Positions 27,254 through 37,140 of a stretch of 64,000 nucleotides of DNA are shown here, in pieces; within the stretch, counting starts at the first letter, position 1, and every line of letters starts with the position of its first letter. The DNA is from Candidatus Enterousia sp. (GTDB lineage: Bacteria; Pseudomonadota; Alphaproteobacteria; Rs-D84): the NCBI GenBank assembly GCA_045613785.1, contig JAZLBQ010000004.1, forward strand, positions 1 to 64,000, given 5' to 3'. Under the pieces are notes generated by a model. It was not told the origin of the DNA, made no database searches, and saw only the letters and a program-made list of their open reading frames with translations. The position numbers were made by a program, and so were the translations under genes.

Positions 27254-28297
27254 ATGATGAACTTTATGAAGAATTTGTTCGGCCCGGCGGCAAACAAAAC
27301 CACAGCCGGTGCATTGGCGGCCAAATTTGGTCTGGAATTACGTGGCGATGCAAATGCCCCTGTGCGTTCGGTTGCACCGATTGCAGACGCTAAGCCTGGC
27401 CAGTTGGCATTTTATTCAACTGAACAGAACAGCAATGCGTTCAAGATATTGCCTATATCTGTTTTGGAAAATACCCGTGCCACGGTGATATTGGTTCAGC
27501 CTGAAATGGCTCAGCATGCTCCATCTGGTGCGACACTGCTGATAACGGACAGCCCACGTGGCAATATTGTCAAGATTTTAGGTGAAATCTATCGTGAAAA
27601 ACCACGCTTTGGCATCAGCAAGAACGCTCATATTGAACGTGGTGTGTTTTTCCGCAAGAAACGCACGACTTATGTTGGTCAGTTTGCGACCATTGAACGT
27701 GGTGCTGTGATTGAACCTGGTGCCAAGATTTACCCATATGCCTATATTGGTCGTAATGTTGTGATTGGTCGTGATACGATTGTTCAATCTGGTGCACACA
27801 TTGAAAATGCCACGATTGGGGCAGGGTGCGTTATAAATTCTGGGGCAGTTATCGGCAAGGACGGTTTTGGATATACACGTCAAAATGGTCGTAATATATT
27901 TATTCCGCATGTTGGTCGTGTTGTTTTGGGCGAACGTGTTTCTGTGGGTGCGAATACTTGCATTGACCGTGGTGCTATGACAGACACCCAGGTTGGTGAA
28001 GGAACAAAAATCGATAATTTGTGCCAGATTGCACATGGTGTTGTAATCGGCAAAGAGTGTTTCTTGGCCAGTGGTGTTGGTCTGGCGGGCGGTGTAGTTG
28101 TTGGTGATCGTGCGTTGCTGGGTGGTCATGTTGGTGTTGCAAACGGTGTTCGCATTGGTAATGATGCGTCTGTTGGTGCAAACAGCGGTGTTTTCCGTAA
28201 TATTCCAGACGGCGAATCACATATGGGTTATCCTGCGGGGCCTGGAACTGAATTTATGCGTCATTATGCCTGGCTAAGAAAGCAAGTAAAAAATTAA
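27254..28297 (+). CDS. lpxD: UDP-3-O-acyl-glucosamine N-acyltransferase
   Basis: Hexapeptide repeats; IGKDGFGY, GANTCIDRG and TKIDNLCQIAHGV. Confidence 0.93.
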   Translation: MMNFMKNLFGPAANKTTAGALAAKFGLELRGDANAPVRSVAPIADAKPGQLAFYSTEQNSNAFKILPISVLENTRATVILVQPEMAQHAPSGATLLITDSPRGNIVKILGEIYREKPRFGISKNAHIERGVFFRKKRTTYVGQFATIERGAVIEPGAKIYPYAYIGRNVVIGRDTIVQSGAHIENATIGAGCVINSGAVIGKDGFGYTRQNGRNIFIPHVGRVVLGERVSVGANTCIDRGAMTDTQVGEGTKIDNLCQIAHGVVIGKECFLASGVGLAGGVVVGDRALLGGHVGVANGVRIGNDASVGANSGVFRNIPDGESHMGYPAGPGTEFMRHYAWLRKQVKN

Positions 28298-28328
28298 AAT
28301 CATATAATTAAAGTAAGGAAGGGATATA

Positions 28329-28784
28329 ATGATTGACGCGCAACAAATTGAACAGGTTATACCACATCGTGGCGACATGCGTTTAATTGACGAAGTTCGT
28401 GAATACAGTGATATCAGTGCCGTTGGTGTAAAATACGTCCGTGATGACGAATTTTGGTGTGCTGGGCATTTTCCAGGAAATCCGATTATGCCTGGTGTTC
28501 TTCAGGTTGAAGCATTGGCACAAACTGCGTGCTTTGTTGCATTTTCAAGGTTGTCTGACGAAGAGCGAAAAACCACATTGGGTTATTTTACCACAATGGA
28601 AAAGATAAAGTTTTCACATATGGTTCGTCCTGGTGATAAATTGGAATTGCACGTTGAATTATTGCTTACGAAACTAAGTTTGTATAAATTCCACGGCATT
28701 GCGATGGTTGGTGGCAAAAAGGTAGCCGAAGCAACCTTTACAGCAGTTTTGCAAAAAGACGCATTAGAAAAATTACAAAAATAA
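28329..28784 (+). CDS. fabZ: 3-hydroxyacyl-ACP dehydratase
   Basis: IPHR, GHFPGNPIMPGVLQVEALAQ and VRPGD. Confidence 0.96.
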   Translation: MIDAQQIEQVIPHRGDMRLIDEVREYSDISAVGVKYVRDDEFWCAGHFPGNPIMPGVLQVEALAQTACFVAFSRLSDEERKTTLGYFTTMEKIKFSHMVRPGDKLELHVELLLTKLSLYKFHGIAMVGGKKVAEATFTAVLQKDALEKLQK

Positions 28785-28811
28785 AATCAGGTCAAATGAC
28801 CTGATTTTTTT
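28783..28811. terminator. Bidirectional terminator
   Basis: AAAATCAGGTC-AAAT-GACCTGATTTTTT. Confidence 0.9.
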
Positions 28812-30105
28812 ATTTGCCATCTTTGATAATCTTCCACCATTTTTTTGCTGTGCCAGTGGTATTATCCCACATCTTTTTAATATCGCCACGCATTTGGTCG
28901 CCAACAGATGTTGTTATACTGCCACCCAGTTTTTTTGCCAAATCCATTGCCTGATTTGCGAACCACCAAGTCAAAGCCCCAACCAAAACGGTGACCCAGA
29001 ACCCATCATTTTCCAGTGTTGGGATTCTGGACGCAATATCTGCATCAATGACTCCTGACAGCATAGCCGCACAAAAAGCCACGATGATTGACAGTGAAAC
29101 AAAATATATTGCCGCCTGAACAAATCGTTTTATCTGGTCGTCCAGTGATTCGGTGCTGAATATTTTCAAGAAACTGTTAAAGATATTTCCTGCCATACCT
29201 TTGTATGAAGTGCTTCCGATTGTTTCTTTGATTGCTGTAAAAGGCAGCATCATAACCCCCAGGAACAAGTCTGCGATAACCCCTAACGCCATAAACATAA
29301 ATTTCCAGGCAATCATGATAAACAGGACAACAAATAACAGTCCTCCGATAAATGTAAAAGCACTGCGTCCAATTCCAGCCAGCATCCACTTGAAACCTGC
29401 AGCAATCGCTGTATAGCAAAAACCTGACAGTCTTGTCGGCAGGCACATCATATCTGCGGCGGCGTTTGCATCAATTATGTTGTTTGCAGAAATATTAGCA
29501 GCCGTATATTCACGAATAGCAGCACATGTATTGGGCAGTTCTGCCCCCGCACTGGCGGCCACTGCATCTAATATAAAGTCTGCCAGATATGTTCCAACGC
29601 TGACAATTGGACCCATTATCCACATGAAAATCTGTGCTGGTCCAAAACGCAAAACAACGACCCAAATTGCAATCATCGTTCCTTTTTTTACGATGTTTTT
29701 AATCAGATCCATTGTGTTGCCTTTGCCACCCTGCATCATATTGTAAGTTTCGAACATTACCCAGAACATAAAAGCAATAAACATAAACAGCACAACAAAT
29801 CGAACCAAGGACGAATCCAGAACATCGCTTACAAAAGACAAAGCATTCATAAATGTCAGACCAATTTTAGCCTCTATTGGAACATAGTCTTTAACGACTT
29901 TTTTCTGGAATTCGCCCTGAAATTGATTGATATCATTGGTCAACTCGCCAACAAATAATTCTTTGTTGTTATCTGTGGTCCACGTTCCGTTGTCGCCAAT
30001 ATCAGGCATAGGCATATTGCTGGCTGCACAAAAAGCAGGTGCTGCCAATGTTATTGCAGTAATTGCAATAATAATCCCACCAAAGATTTTTTTTATCCAC
30101 TTCAT
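28810..30105 (-). CDS. VirB6/TrbL-like polytopic membrane protein (paralog 1)
   Basis: Multiple TM segments, Cys-containing periplasmic loop, C-terminal amphipathic basic helix; layout shared with its four neighbours. Confidence 0.55.
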   Translation of the reverse strand: MKWIKKIFGGIIIAITAITLAAPAFCAASNMPMPDIGDNGTWTTDNNKELFVGELTNDINQFQGEFQKKVVKDYVPIEAKIGLTFMNALSFVSDVLDSSLVRFVVLFMFIAFMFWVMFETYNMMQGGKGNTMDLIKNIVKKGTMIAIWVVVLRFGPAQIFMWIMGPIVSVGTYLADFILDAVAASAGAELPNTCAAIREYTAANISANNIIDANAAADMMCLPTRLSGFCYTAIAAGFKWMLAGIGRSAFTFIGGLLFVVLFIMIAWKFMFMALGVIADLFLGVMMLPFTAIKETIGSTSYKGMAGNIFNSFLKIFSTESLDDQIKRFVQAAIYFVSLSIIVAFCAAMLSGVIDADIASRIPTLENDGFWVTVLVGALTWWFANQAMDLAKKLGGSITTSVGDQMRGDIKKMWDNTTGTAKKWWKIIKDGK

Positions 30106-31598
30106 TATTTCTTATCCATTGCCTTGGTGATTTTTTCAGTAATTTGCACAGGCACAGCCCACATTTTTTGTCCCAGGTCATGCACCCACGCACCAAAGTC
30201 AAACGTTTCACCTGTGGCCACATTGCTGTTTTCGCCAGGGATTGGCAATTTAACACCACCATTTGGCAACAGTTTGTCGATTTTTGGACTGATTGCGTAA
30301 TAGTATAAAAAGAACAAGAATACCATCATCAACAAAAATTCCCACCCGTCGGCCAAGAAATCAAATGCCCCTGGATAAGACCGTTCGACCTGAGCTTTGC
30401 GTGCATTGAAACAATTTTTGAATAAATCCTTGTCCATTTCACCGTCAACCAACGCCACCTGTTCGCAGGTTGCAAATACGTCAATCACAGACAGCATTTG
30501 AGCGTCAGGATTTTCGATTTTTTGACCCATCATTGGTGGCAAGACCACACTATATCCATCACGTGGTCCCGGGAAATATGCGTCAGCAGTATAAGAAACA
30601 GTTGCGTATATCACCAAGACCTTTAATGTGATTGCGACAATTCTCACCGCAGACGACACCAGTGTTCCGATTGCCTTGCTGACCAGACCGCTTGCCTTGG
30701 CCCAAGTTCCTTCAAACGCACTTGCCGCCAACAGTAATGGCATAAATATGATTATAAAGACCAGTTTAAACACAATTGACAGTATTTGAAAGAACAGGTC
30801 AAATCCAATAACCAGGAACATCAACACCAGCACCAAGCCCGCAACCCACGTCAACGCACCACCGCCTAAATCCAGCCAGGCATAATTCATCATTGAAAAA
30901 CCACCTGCTGCCCCGGCCAGCATAACGCTGTTTATATTTCCCATTACGCACATAAACGGTTGCATAATAGGATTTAATATATCGTCTGATTTGTTGCCAG
31001 ACTGAACATTGCTTAACGCACCGCAATCGGCAGCCTCTGACACCCCGGACGCAATCATACCCAGTTCTGCCCCCATATATAGAACAGGTGTAATTGTTAT
31101 CTGTGAAACACTACGCAGTGCGCTGGTGCCGCCCATACCCAATGCCCCCATCAAAACACCAACAATCATAATACGCACACCCAACTTCCAAACCTTGTCC
31201 CACCAGGCCTTAAATTCAATCTTGTGTTCAGTTGGCTTTTCATAGTTCATTGTTTTCTTTGCGTGGTCAAAGATGTATTGAACAGTGTGGATAAACATAA
31301 AGATGCCAAAACCAATTGCCATCAGCACCCAAATATTTTTTACCATCAAATTCCAAAAGCGTTCGGTTGCGTCCCCGATTATTGAAAACAAGTCTGCGAT
31401 ATATCCGCACAAAAAGCACGCATTTGCACTGGCGATATCGCCGTTTTCAACACCGATTGCGGTCAGAAAGTTCCCCATATTAGTATATGTCAGTGCAGCC
31501 CCACCGATTGATGATGACAAATACCATACTCCAATTCCTAATGCGATTGCCCCCATCAAGAATCTAACAGCGATCAAGATTAGTTGTGCTTTTAACAT
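30105..31598 (-). CDS. VirB6/TrbL-like polytopic membrane protein (paralog 2)
   Basis: CFLC motif, TM cluster ending FIIIFMPLLL, TAATG overlaps with both neighbours. Confidence 0.55.
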   Translation of the reverse strand: MLKAQLILIAVRFLMGAIALGIGVWYLSSSIGGAALTYTNMGNFLTAIGVENGDIASANACFLCGYIADLFSIIGDATERFWNLMVKNIWVLMAIGFGIFMFIHTVQYIFDHAKKTMNYEKPTEHKIEFKAWWDKVWKLGVRIMIVGVLMGALGMGGTSALRSVSQITITPVLYMGAELGMIASGVSEAADCGALSNVQSGNKSDDILNPIMQPFMCVMGNINSVMLAGAAGGFSMMNYAWLDLGGGALTWVAGLVLVLMFLVIGFDLFFQILSIVFKLVFIIIFMPLLLAASAFEGTWAKASGLVSKAIGTLVSSAVRIVAITLKVLVIYATVSYTADAYFPGPRDGYSVVLPPMMGQKIENPDAQMLSVIDVFATCEQVALVDGEMDKDLFKNCFNARKAQVERSYPGAFDFLADGWEFLLMMVFLFFLYYYAISPKIDKLLPNGGVKLPIPGENSNVATGETFDFGAWVHDLGQKMWAVPVQITEKITKAMDKK

Positions 31599-32785
31599 TA
31601 TTTTTTATCTTTTTCTCCGCCTGTTATAATTGCTTCGCCGACTTTTTTGGTTGTGTCCCAAACAGTTTTTGTCAGATTCATCATATCGTCTGCCAACTTT
31701 TCACTATTTGTTTTACTTTCATCGACCCCAAATACCGACAGAATCATTTTTGTAACTTGTGGAATTTGTCCATAAATATAATTCAACACATACGTCAGAA
31801 TCAAACAGCTAGCCAACGTCAACGCTTGCAGGTTTTCAGTGTTTAAATCTGCATCAAAAATTTGTCCGGTGGTAATTGCGGCCATCAAATCAGCGTTCGA
31901 CGCACCTGGTGCAGAAAAGAACTTTGCGATGATAACCATAATTACTGTGTATGTTATAACGCAGGAAGCCAACGTTATAATTGCGTTTATCAAGTTTTTA
32001 AATTGTCCAATACCAATTGTCTTACCCAGTCCGCCAATCCAACCTGGCACATTATCTGCCCCTTTGAATGAATACAGTGCTAATGATAATGGGAAAAAGA
32101 ACGCAAAAAACACCATTGCAATAATAATGTCTGCAAAATAGCAACAAAATCTGAAAAACATCTTAAAGAAATACCACGACAAATATGCCCCGATAACAAA
32201 CAAGATAATGTGTTTTATTAAACTGCCAACACCCAACAGAGCCTTCCATGAAAAAGCCGAATCCATAACTGCAATCCCCAGTTTTATATACGCCTGGAAT
32301 TGTGTAATTGTTGTTTTCATCAGCATAATAATTTTATCACGCAGTTCTGGTCGATAAAAACCATCGTCTGACATTTTCATAGGTTTATATGTAATTTTTT
32401 CTGCAACCTGTTCCTGATCCAGATTTATCATTGCCTGGGTATATGTTGTTGCGATTTGTGCTGCAGGTTCAAAAGTAACAGATGTTATAAATCGTGGCAG
32501 TGTAACCCCCATACCCAAGAATCCGATACACACAATAGCGTTGATAAAAACCTTTTGCACAGATTTTGTATAAAGTGGGTCTTTTCCGCCGTCCTTGATA
32601 TTTTTCCAAACTGCGTTTAATACAAAGAAGGCAAACAGCACACAGAATAAAACGGTGCATACAAACGCAAACTGGTTATAAACATTGGCGGCTGCGTCAG
32701 ATACAATCTGAAACAGTCTGTCAAATATCTCGCAGCCCCAACACTGCACAGTATTATCGACCAAGTTCCCCAACCAGTTATTCAT
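31598..32785 (-). CDS. VirB6/TrbL-like polytopic membrane protein (paralog 3)
   Basis: CWGC motif, FFAFFFPLSLALYSFK and QIPQVT. Confidence 0.55.
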   Translation of the reverse strand: MNNWLGNLVDNTVQCWGCEIFDRLFQIVSDAAANVYNQFAFVCTVLFCVLFAFFVLNAVWKNIKDGGKDPLYTKSVQKVFINAIVCIGFLGMGVTLPRFITSVTFEPAAQIATTYTQAMINLDQEQVAEKITYKPMKMSDDGFYRPELRDKIIMLMKTTITQFQAYIKLGIAVMDSAFSWKALLGVGSLIKHIILFVIGAYLSWYFFKMFFRFCCYFADIIIAMVFFAFFFPLSLALYSFKGADNVPGWIGGLGKTIGIGQFKNLINAIITLASCVITYTVIMVIIAKFFSAPGASNADLMAAITTGQIFDADLNTENLQALTLASCLILTYVLNYIYGQIPQVTKMILSVFGVDESKTNSEKLADDMMNLTKTVWDTTKKVGEAIITGGEKDKK

Positions 32786-32792
32786 TGTTTAC

Positions 32793-34061
32793 TTATTTTC
32801 CTTTTATCCAACCAGCAGCCTTGCCGATAGATGTTCCCCATTTTTTTGCACCTGCCCACAGTGTTTTAGAATCAGACTTTACACTGTTATACAGTCCGTC
32901 CATTCCTCCACCGATATACTTTTTCAGTTGCTTTTGTGTGATGTCATAAATCTTAAAGAACAAATAGAACGTCAATATTGCCGACATCCAGGTTACAGAG
33001 TGTTCACCAAATCCCATTGCACCTGTTCCGACTGTTGGGACATTACTGGTTGCAACGCCACCGGCTGCCACGACAAAAACCGAAGAATTCCAATTAAACA
33101 ATGCCTGAATAATAGCCAGGTTTACACACAGCATAAAAGCACATGCAATCATAGTAACAATCAGTTGTTGCAACGCTTTGGTTATACCGCCAAACGCAGG
33201 CCACACGTCCAGCCATTTGTCGCTAGATTTGAATACGTATGTCAGCACAAAGAACGGATATAAAATCAACTGCATACCAATGTTAAATATTCCCTGGATG
33301 ATCAGCAGTGCCATAAACAAATTACTGCCAACAAAAGTAGTAATTAAAATCAGACCGGTTATCACGTTCAAGAAATCTTCGCCCCCATGTGGCACCAGTG
33401 TAATCAGTCCCAACAAACCGCTGGTCAGCGAATCGAAACCACGCTTGATAATTTGGTTGTTTGCATTTGACAAATCAGACACAGGCTGGATTAAAAAATT
33501 GCATGAATCTTCGGAAATCCAGGCTTTTTCAATAATCTCTGGTGGGCATTTTATTTCTGGGCCTTTCATTCCTGGCTGATTGATTGTTTCTGTCAGTGCG
33601 TTTGTATAAATTGATCCTAACTGTAAAAAAGGATTTATCAGCCATTCTGTTAAAAACACAGGTTTAATCTGCAGCAGTAATACTGTTGCGACAATAGCAC
33701 GAAAGCCTGGCTTCATAACATTTTCAATAATTTTTGTTCCTGTGATTTTTCCACTTTCGATTTCGCCACCGCCCGACAGCCCCAGCAATCCCGCCCAAGC
33801 TTTTGGCATATACATTTTTGCCAATGTCAATGCGATGGTCAGTCCCAAAAACATCCAAACCAAGATATATATAATCCCGTCGCCATTTCCGACAAAAAAT
33901 TCATATGTTCCTGTAGCAACCATCATAAAAGCGTCCAACACCATCGGAACAAATGGTGCCAGGTTTAGTGCGTCGATTATATCACCTGCAAATGCTGACC
34001 CAGGCGTGCAAAACACCCCTGCAAAAACACAAACCCAGAATAGTTTTTTTAATATATACAT
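32793..34061 (-). CDS. VirB6/TrbL-like polytopic membrane protein (paralog 4)
   Basis: Signal-like N-terminus, two-Cys loop, ILYPFFVLTYVFK. Confidence 0.55.
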   Translation of the reverse strand: MYILKKLFWVCVFAGVFCTPGSAFAGDIIDALNLAPFVPMVLDAFMMVATGTYEFFVGNGDGIIYILVWMFLGLTIALTLAKMYMPKAWAGLLGLSGGGEIESGKITGTKIIENVMKPGFRAIVATVLLLQIKPVFLTEWLINPFLQLGSIYTNALTETINQPGMKGPEIKCPPEIIEKAWISEDSCNFLIQPVSDLSNANNQIIKRGFDSLTSGLLGLITLVPHGGEDFLNVITGLILITTFVGSNLFMALLIIQGIFNIGMQLILYPFFVLTYVFKSSDKWLDVWPAFGGITKALQQLIVTMIACAFMLCVNLAIIQALFNWNSSVFVVAAGGVATSNVPTVGTGAMGFGEHSVTWMSAILTFYLFFKIYDITQKQLKKYIGGGMDGLYNSVKSDSKTLWAGAKKWGTSIGKAAGWIKGK

Positions 34062-34130
34062 TCTCTATAATTTATATTTATTATTTCAATTATATCACAA
34101 ATGGGACAAAATGTGATATACTTAAAAGCA

Positions 34131-35420
34131 ATGAATCGTATAAAAAAATTTTGGATTACATTTTTATCATTCTTGCCATTTACGGCGGGTGCGGTTGCAC
34201 CGTTTGTTGTTGGTGGTATTGCAGGTGTTGGTGTTCTTGCTGGTTTTGCGATTTATCGTAGCACTGTTCCTGTTGATATGTCCAGTGCATATCAGTTCTT
34301 TTCCAGTTGTTGGACGTGCAGTATGTTTTCTGACATTATGGCAACAATGTCGAATTTGTTGCCCAAGGTTTATCATTCATTAGGTGGTGTGATTATTCCG
34401 TTTGCGATAATTTTGTCTGCTACTTGGTTTGCCTGGAAGTTGCTTGATGGTTTTATGAATCAGAAAATCCAAGGGCCTTGGTCAATTGCAAACACATTTA
34501 CGACACATTTGTTTAAACTGGGGGTTGTTGCTGCATTATTGGTTGCACCATTGCCACGAATGATATCTGAAATTGCGATAGAGCCAGTATTTAACATAGG
34601 TTTGTCGCTAAACAGGTCGATTGTTCACGAAGATGGCTTTGATGCATGTGTTGTTGCGACGGCTTTGGCAGATTCGACATCAATAGATGCTGCTGCGTCA
34701 AATTCTGGGGCTTTTTCACCGAAGTTGCGTCATAACCTGGCATGTGAATTGTCTGGTGTTCATCAGATGACAGGTTTGGGTATGACGGTTGGTTGGACGA
34801 TGTTGAATATGGCGTTTGATACGGACTATATGCATACGATTATGTGGGGAATTCCAATCTTTCCAAATGTCATAATGTTTTTTGCAGGACTTGCAATACT
34901 GGTCTTGTTCTTTATGGCATTGTTGCCGATACCGTTGTATTTCTTGGAAATCTTTATAACCCTGGCGATGGATTTAGTAATGTTGCCGCTGATGTTGCTG
35001 GCGTGGTTGTTCAAGGGCTGGAAAATATCACTTGCTGGGGCAGGTAATACGATTCGTGGAATAATTGATTATGTTATATCTGCAACACTTGGTCTGGCGA
35101 TAACAGGTGTATTTGTGGCATTTGCGATAATGTTCCTGAATGCGATATTTGGTGATTGGGCAGGTGCGCCTGCATTGGCGACAGCATTGACACAAAACGA
35201 TTCGAAATTTTTGATGGATGCCTTGATGATGCGTAATGACAGCCTGGTAACAATAATCTTGATGGGGATATTTATTGCGATGTTTATGACGCTGATTCCT
35301 GCACTTGCAAAGAGTTTATTTAACGTTCAGATATCCACAGACTTCTATGATACGACAAAAAAGAACATAGATATTGTGTGGCAAAACCTTAAAAAATGGT
35401 ATGAGACAATGAAAAAATAA
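34131..35420 (+). CDS. VirB6/TrbL-like polytopic membrane protein (paralog 5, divergent)
   Basis: CWTC motif, VMLPLMLLAWLFK and IPALAKSLF. Confidence 0.55.
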   Translation: MNRIKKFWITFLSFLPFTAGAVAPFVVGGIAGVGVLAGFAIYRSTVPVDMSSAYQFFSSCWTCSMFSDIMATMSNLLPKVYHSLGGVIIPFAIILSATWFAWKLLDGFMNQKIQGPWSIANTFTTHLFKLGVVAALLVAPLPRMISEIAIEPVFNIGLSLNRSIVHEDGFDACVVATALADSTSIDAAASNSGAFSPKLRHNLACELSGVHQMTGLGMTVGWTMLNMAFDTDYMHTIMWGIPIFPNVIMFFAGLAILVLFFMALLPIPLYFLEIFITLAMDLVMLPLMLLAWLFKGWKISLAGAGNTIRGIIDYVISATLGLAITGVFVAFAIMFLNAIFGDWAGAPALATALTQNDSKFLMDALMMRNDSLVTIILMGIFIAMFMTLIPALAKSLFNVQISTDFYDTTKKNIDIVWQNLKKWYETMKK

Positions 35421-35488
35421 AAAATCAAGTCCTTTATTTAACCTGACCCCCTTTTTTATAAAATCCGAATCTGATATAATTCATAGCA

Positions 35489-35998
35489 ATGACAAAGTTT
35501 CCGATTCTTTACTGGCCACGGCGAACAACTGGGGATAGCGAATACCAGTTGGCACGCAAAGTTATCAATAATTCGACAGGGATAATGCCGGACGTATGCA
35601 CTGATGATATTGACATTGCATCTGTGTTGTCGGCGAATCCTAATGCGGTAATTTACTACCCTGTATTTTGTGGTTCTACCGGTTGGTGGGGCGAGTTATT
35701 GGGTGGTGATGGCATTGTTAGTGACAAACTGATAATATCACCGGAATGCCAGTTGATGGTAATTGAATCCAGCAAAACGGCACGTCCACGTGGGCAGACC
35801 CAATTGTTGGCGGCTGAAATTTATCCGACCAGTGGCTTTTTCAAACAGATGAATTCGACGATTGCGACTGTTGCGGATATGTTGGCGACGGACTCTGGCA
35901 CAATATTGGCACTTTTTTCTGGTCGTAATCAGAATCAGTTTATAAATGTTCTGGAATCGACGGGAAATTCGTATCTTGGGTGTATTGGTCGATATTAA
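35489..35998 (+). CDS. Hypothetical protein
   Basis: 169 aa ORF filling the gap; extended -10 TGATATAAT just upstream. Confidence 0.7.
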   Translation: MTKFPILYWPRRTTGDSEYQLARKVINNSTGIMPDVCTDDIDIASVLSANPNAVIYYPVFCGSTGWWGELLGGDGIVSDKLIISPECQLMVIESSKTARPRGQTQLLAAEIYPTSGFFKQMNSTIATVADMLATDSGTILALFSGRNQNQFINVLESTGNSYLGCIGRY

Positions 35999-36073
35999 AG
36001 TGCTATTATCGCTTGATTTTTATAAAAATCCTTGTATAATTCACAGGCTAAAATTTAAACAAAGGTAAATACT

Positions 36074-36286
36074 ATGAAACAAGGGATTCATCCAGAATAC
36101 TATGCGAACAACGTCACACGCACTGACGGTTCTACAATTGTAATCTATTCATCTGTTAAAAAAGACTACATCTTGTCAACAGATAACTTGAACCATTCTG
36201 CATGGACTGGTCAGCGTTCAAACGCTGGTGAAAAGGGTCAACGTGCAGCGGAATTCAAAACAAAATTTGCTGGCTTTAATTTCTAA
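36074..36286 (+). CDS. rpmE: 50S ribosomal protein L31 (Cys-free type)
   Basis: MKQGIHPEY, H.AWTG and G.RAAEF..KF. Confidence 0.93.
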   Translation: MKQGIHPEYYANNVTRTDGSTIVIYSSVKKDYILSTDNLNHSAWTGQRSNAGEKGQRAAEFKTKFAGFNF

Positions 36287-36337
36287 GATTAAACCAAGAA
36301 AACTGAACATAACATATGCTTGACGGGGGACGGCAAG

Positions 36338-37042
36338 ATGGAATTGTTGATAAAAGGTTCAATAGAGTTAAATAAAATGTTTGCTGCATTACAGCGAACA
36401 GGTGCATCATTGCGTCGTGATTTTGGCGAAGTTGAAAACCTGCAACAATCATTACGCAGTGCACACGATTTTGTGCAAAAGGCGTCTGCCCGTATCGAAG
36501 AAAGCATATTAAAAGACTTGTTGTTGGTTCGTCCATCTGCGGGTTTGTTGACATCAAACGCTGTCCACGAAGGCGACGGTCGTGACGAGTTTGTCTTGGC
36601 ATTGTCTGGGGCGTCAAATTTTGTTCGTGGTAATCCGCACTTTGCGATTTCGTTGGCATTGCGTTCAAATGATGAAACAAAAATCGCTTTGATTTATTCG
36701 CCAATCGATGAACGCTTATATTATGCAGAGGCTGAACGTGGTGCATACGTATTTTCAGCATATCATTCTGCACGTTTGAAAACGTCCAAGTTGTCTGACA
36801 CTGACCAGTTGACAGTTGCGTATAATACATCGGATTCACGTCCTGAAATTGGTGATGTCCGTCGCACAGGCTGTCCTGCGTTGGATTTGGCGTGGGTTGC
36901 GGCTGGTAAATTTGATGCGTTTGTATCGGATGTTCTAAATTATGCAGAAATTGCAGCAGGTGATCTTATTGTGCGTGAGGCTGGCGGTCATATTGATGTG
37001 ATGGAAGATTTGATTGCTACAAACGGCAAGGTTCAGTTATAA
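36338..37042 (+). CDS. suhB: SuhB/inositol monophosphatase family protein, catalytic residues degenerate
   Basis: LRRDFGEVENLQ (alpha SuhB N-terminus), NFVRGNPHFAISLA and RRTGCPALDLAWVAAGKFD; DPLDGT absent. Confidence 0.8.
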   Translation: MELLIKGSIELNKMFAALQRTGASLRRDFGEVENLQQSLRSAHDFVQKASARIEESILKDLLLVRPSAGLLTSNAVHEGDGRDEFVLALSGASNFVRGNPHFAISLALRSNDETKIALIYSPIDERLYYAEAERGAYVFSAYHSARLKTSKLSDTDQLTVAYNTSDSRPEIGDVRRTGCPALDLAWVAAGKFDAFVSDVLNYAEIAAGDLIVREAGGHIDVMEDLIATNGKVQL

Positions 37043-37052
37043 AAAAGATATC

Positions 37053-37076
37053 TCCCCCGATTGGGGGATTTTTTTT
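37053..37076 (+). terminator. Intrinsic terminator
   Basis: TCCCCC-GATT-GGGGGA-TTTTTTTT. Confidence 0.85.
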
Positions 37077-37140
37077 ACGTTATTTTCCACTTGCAGACGA
37101 TTCGTGATTTGTTCTATGATAACAACGGAAGGAAAGGAAA

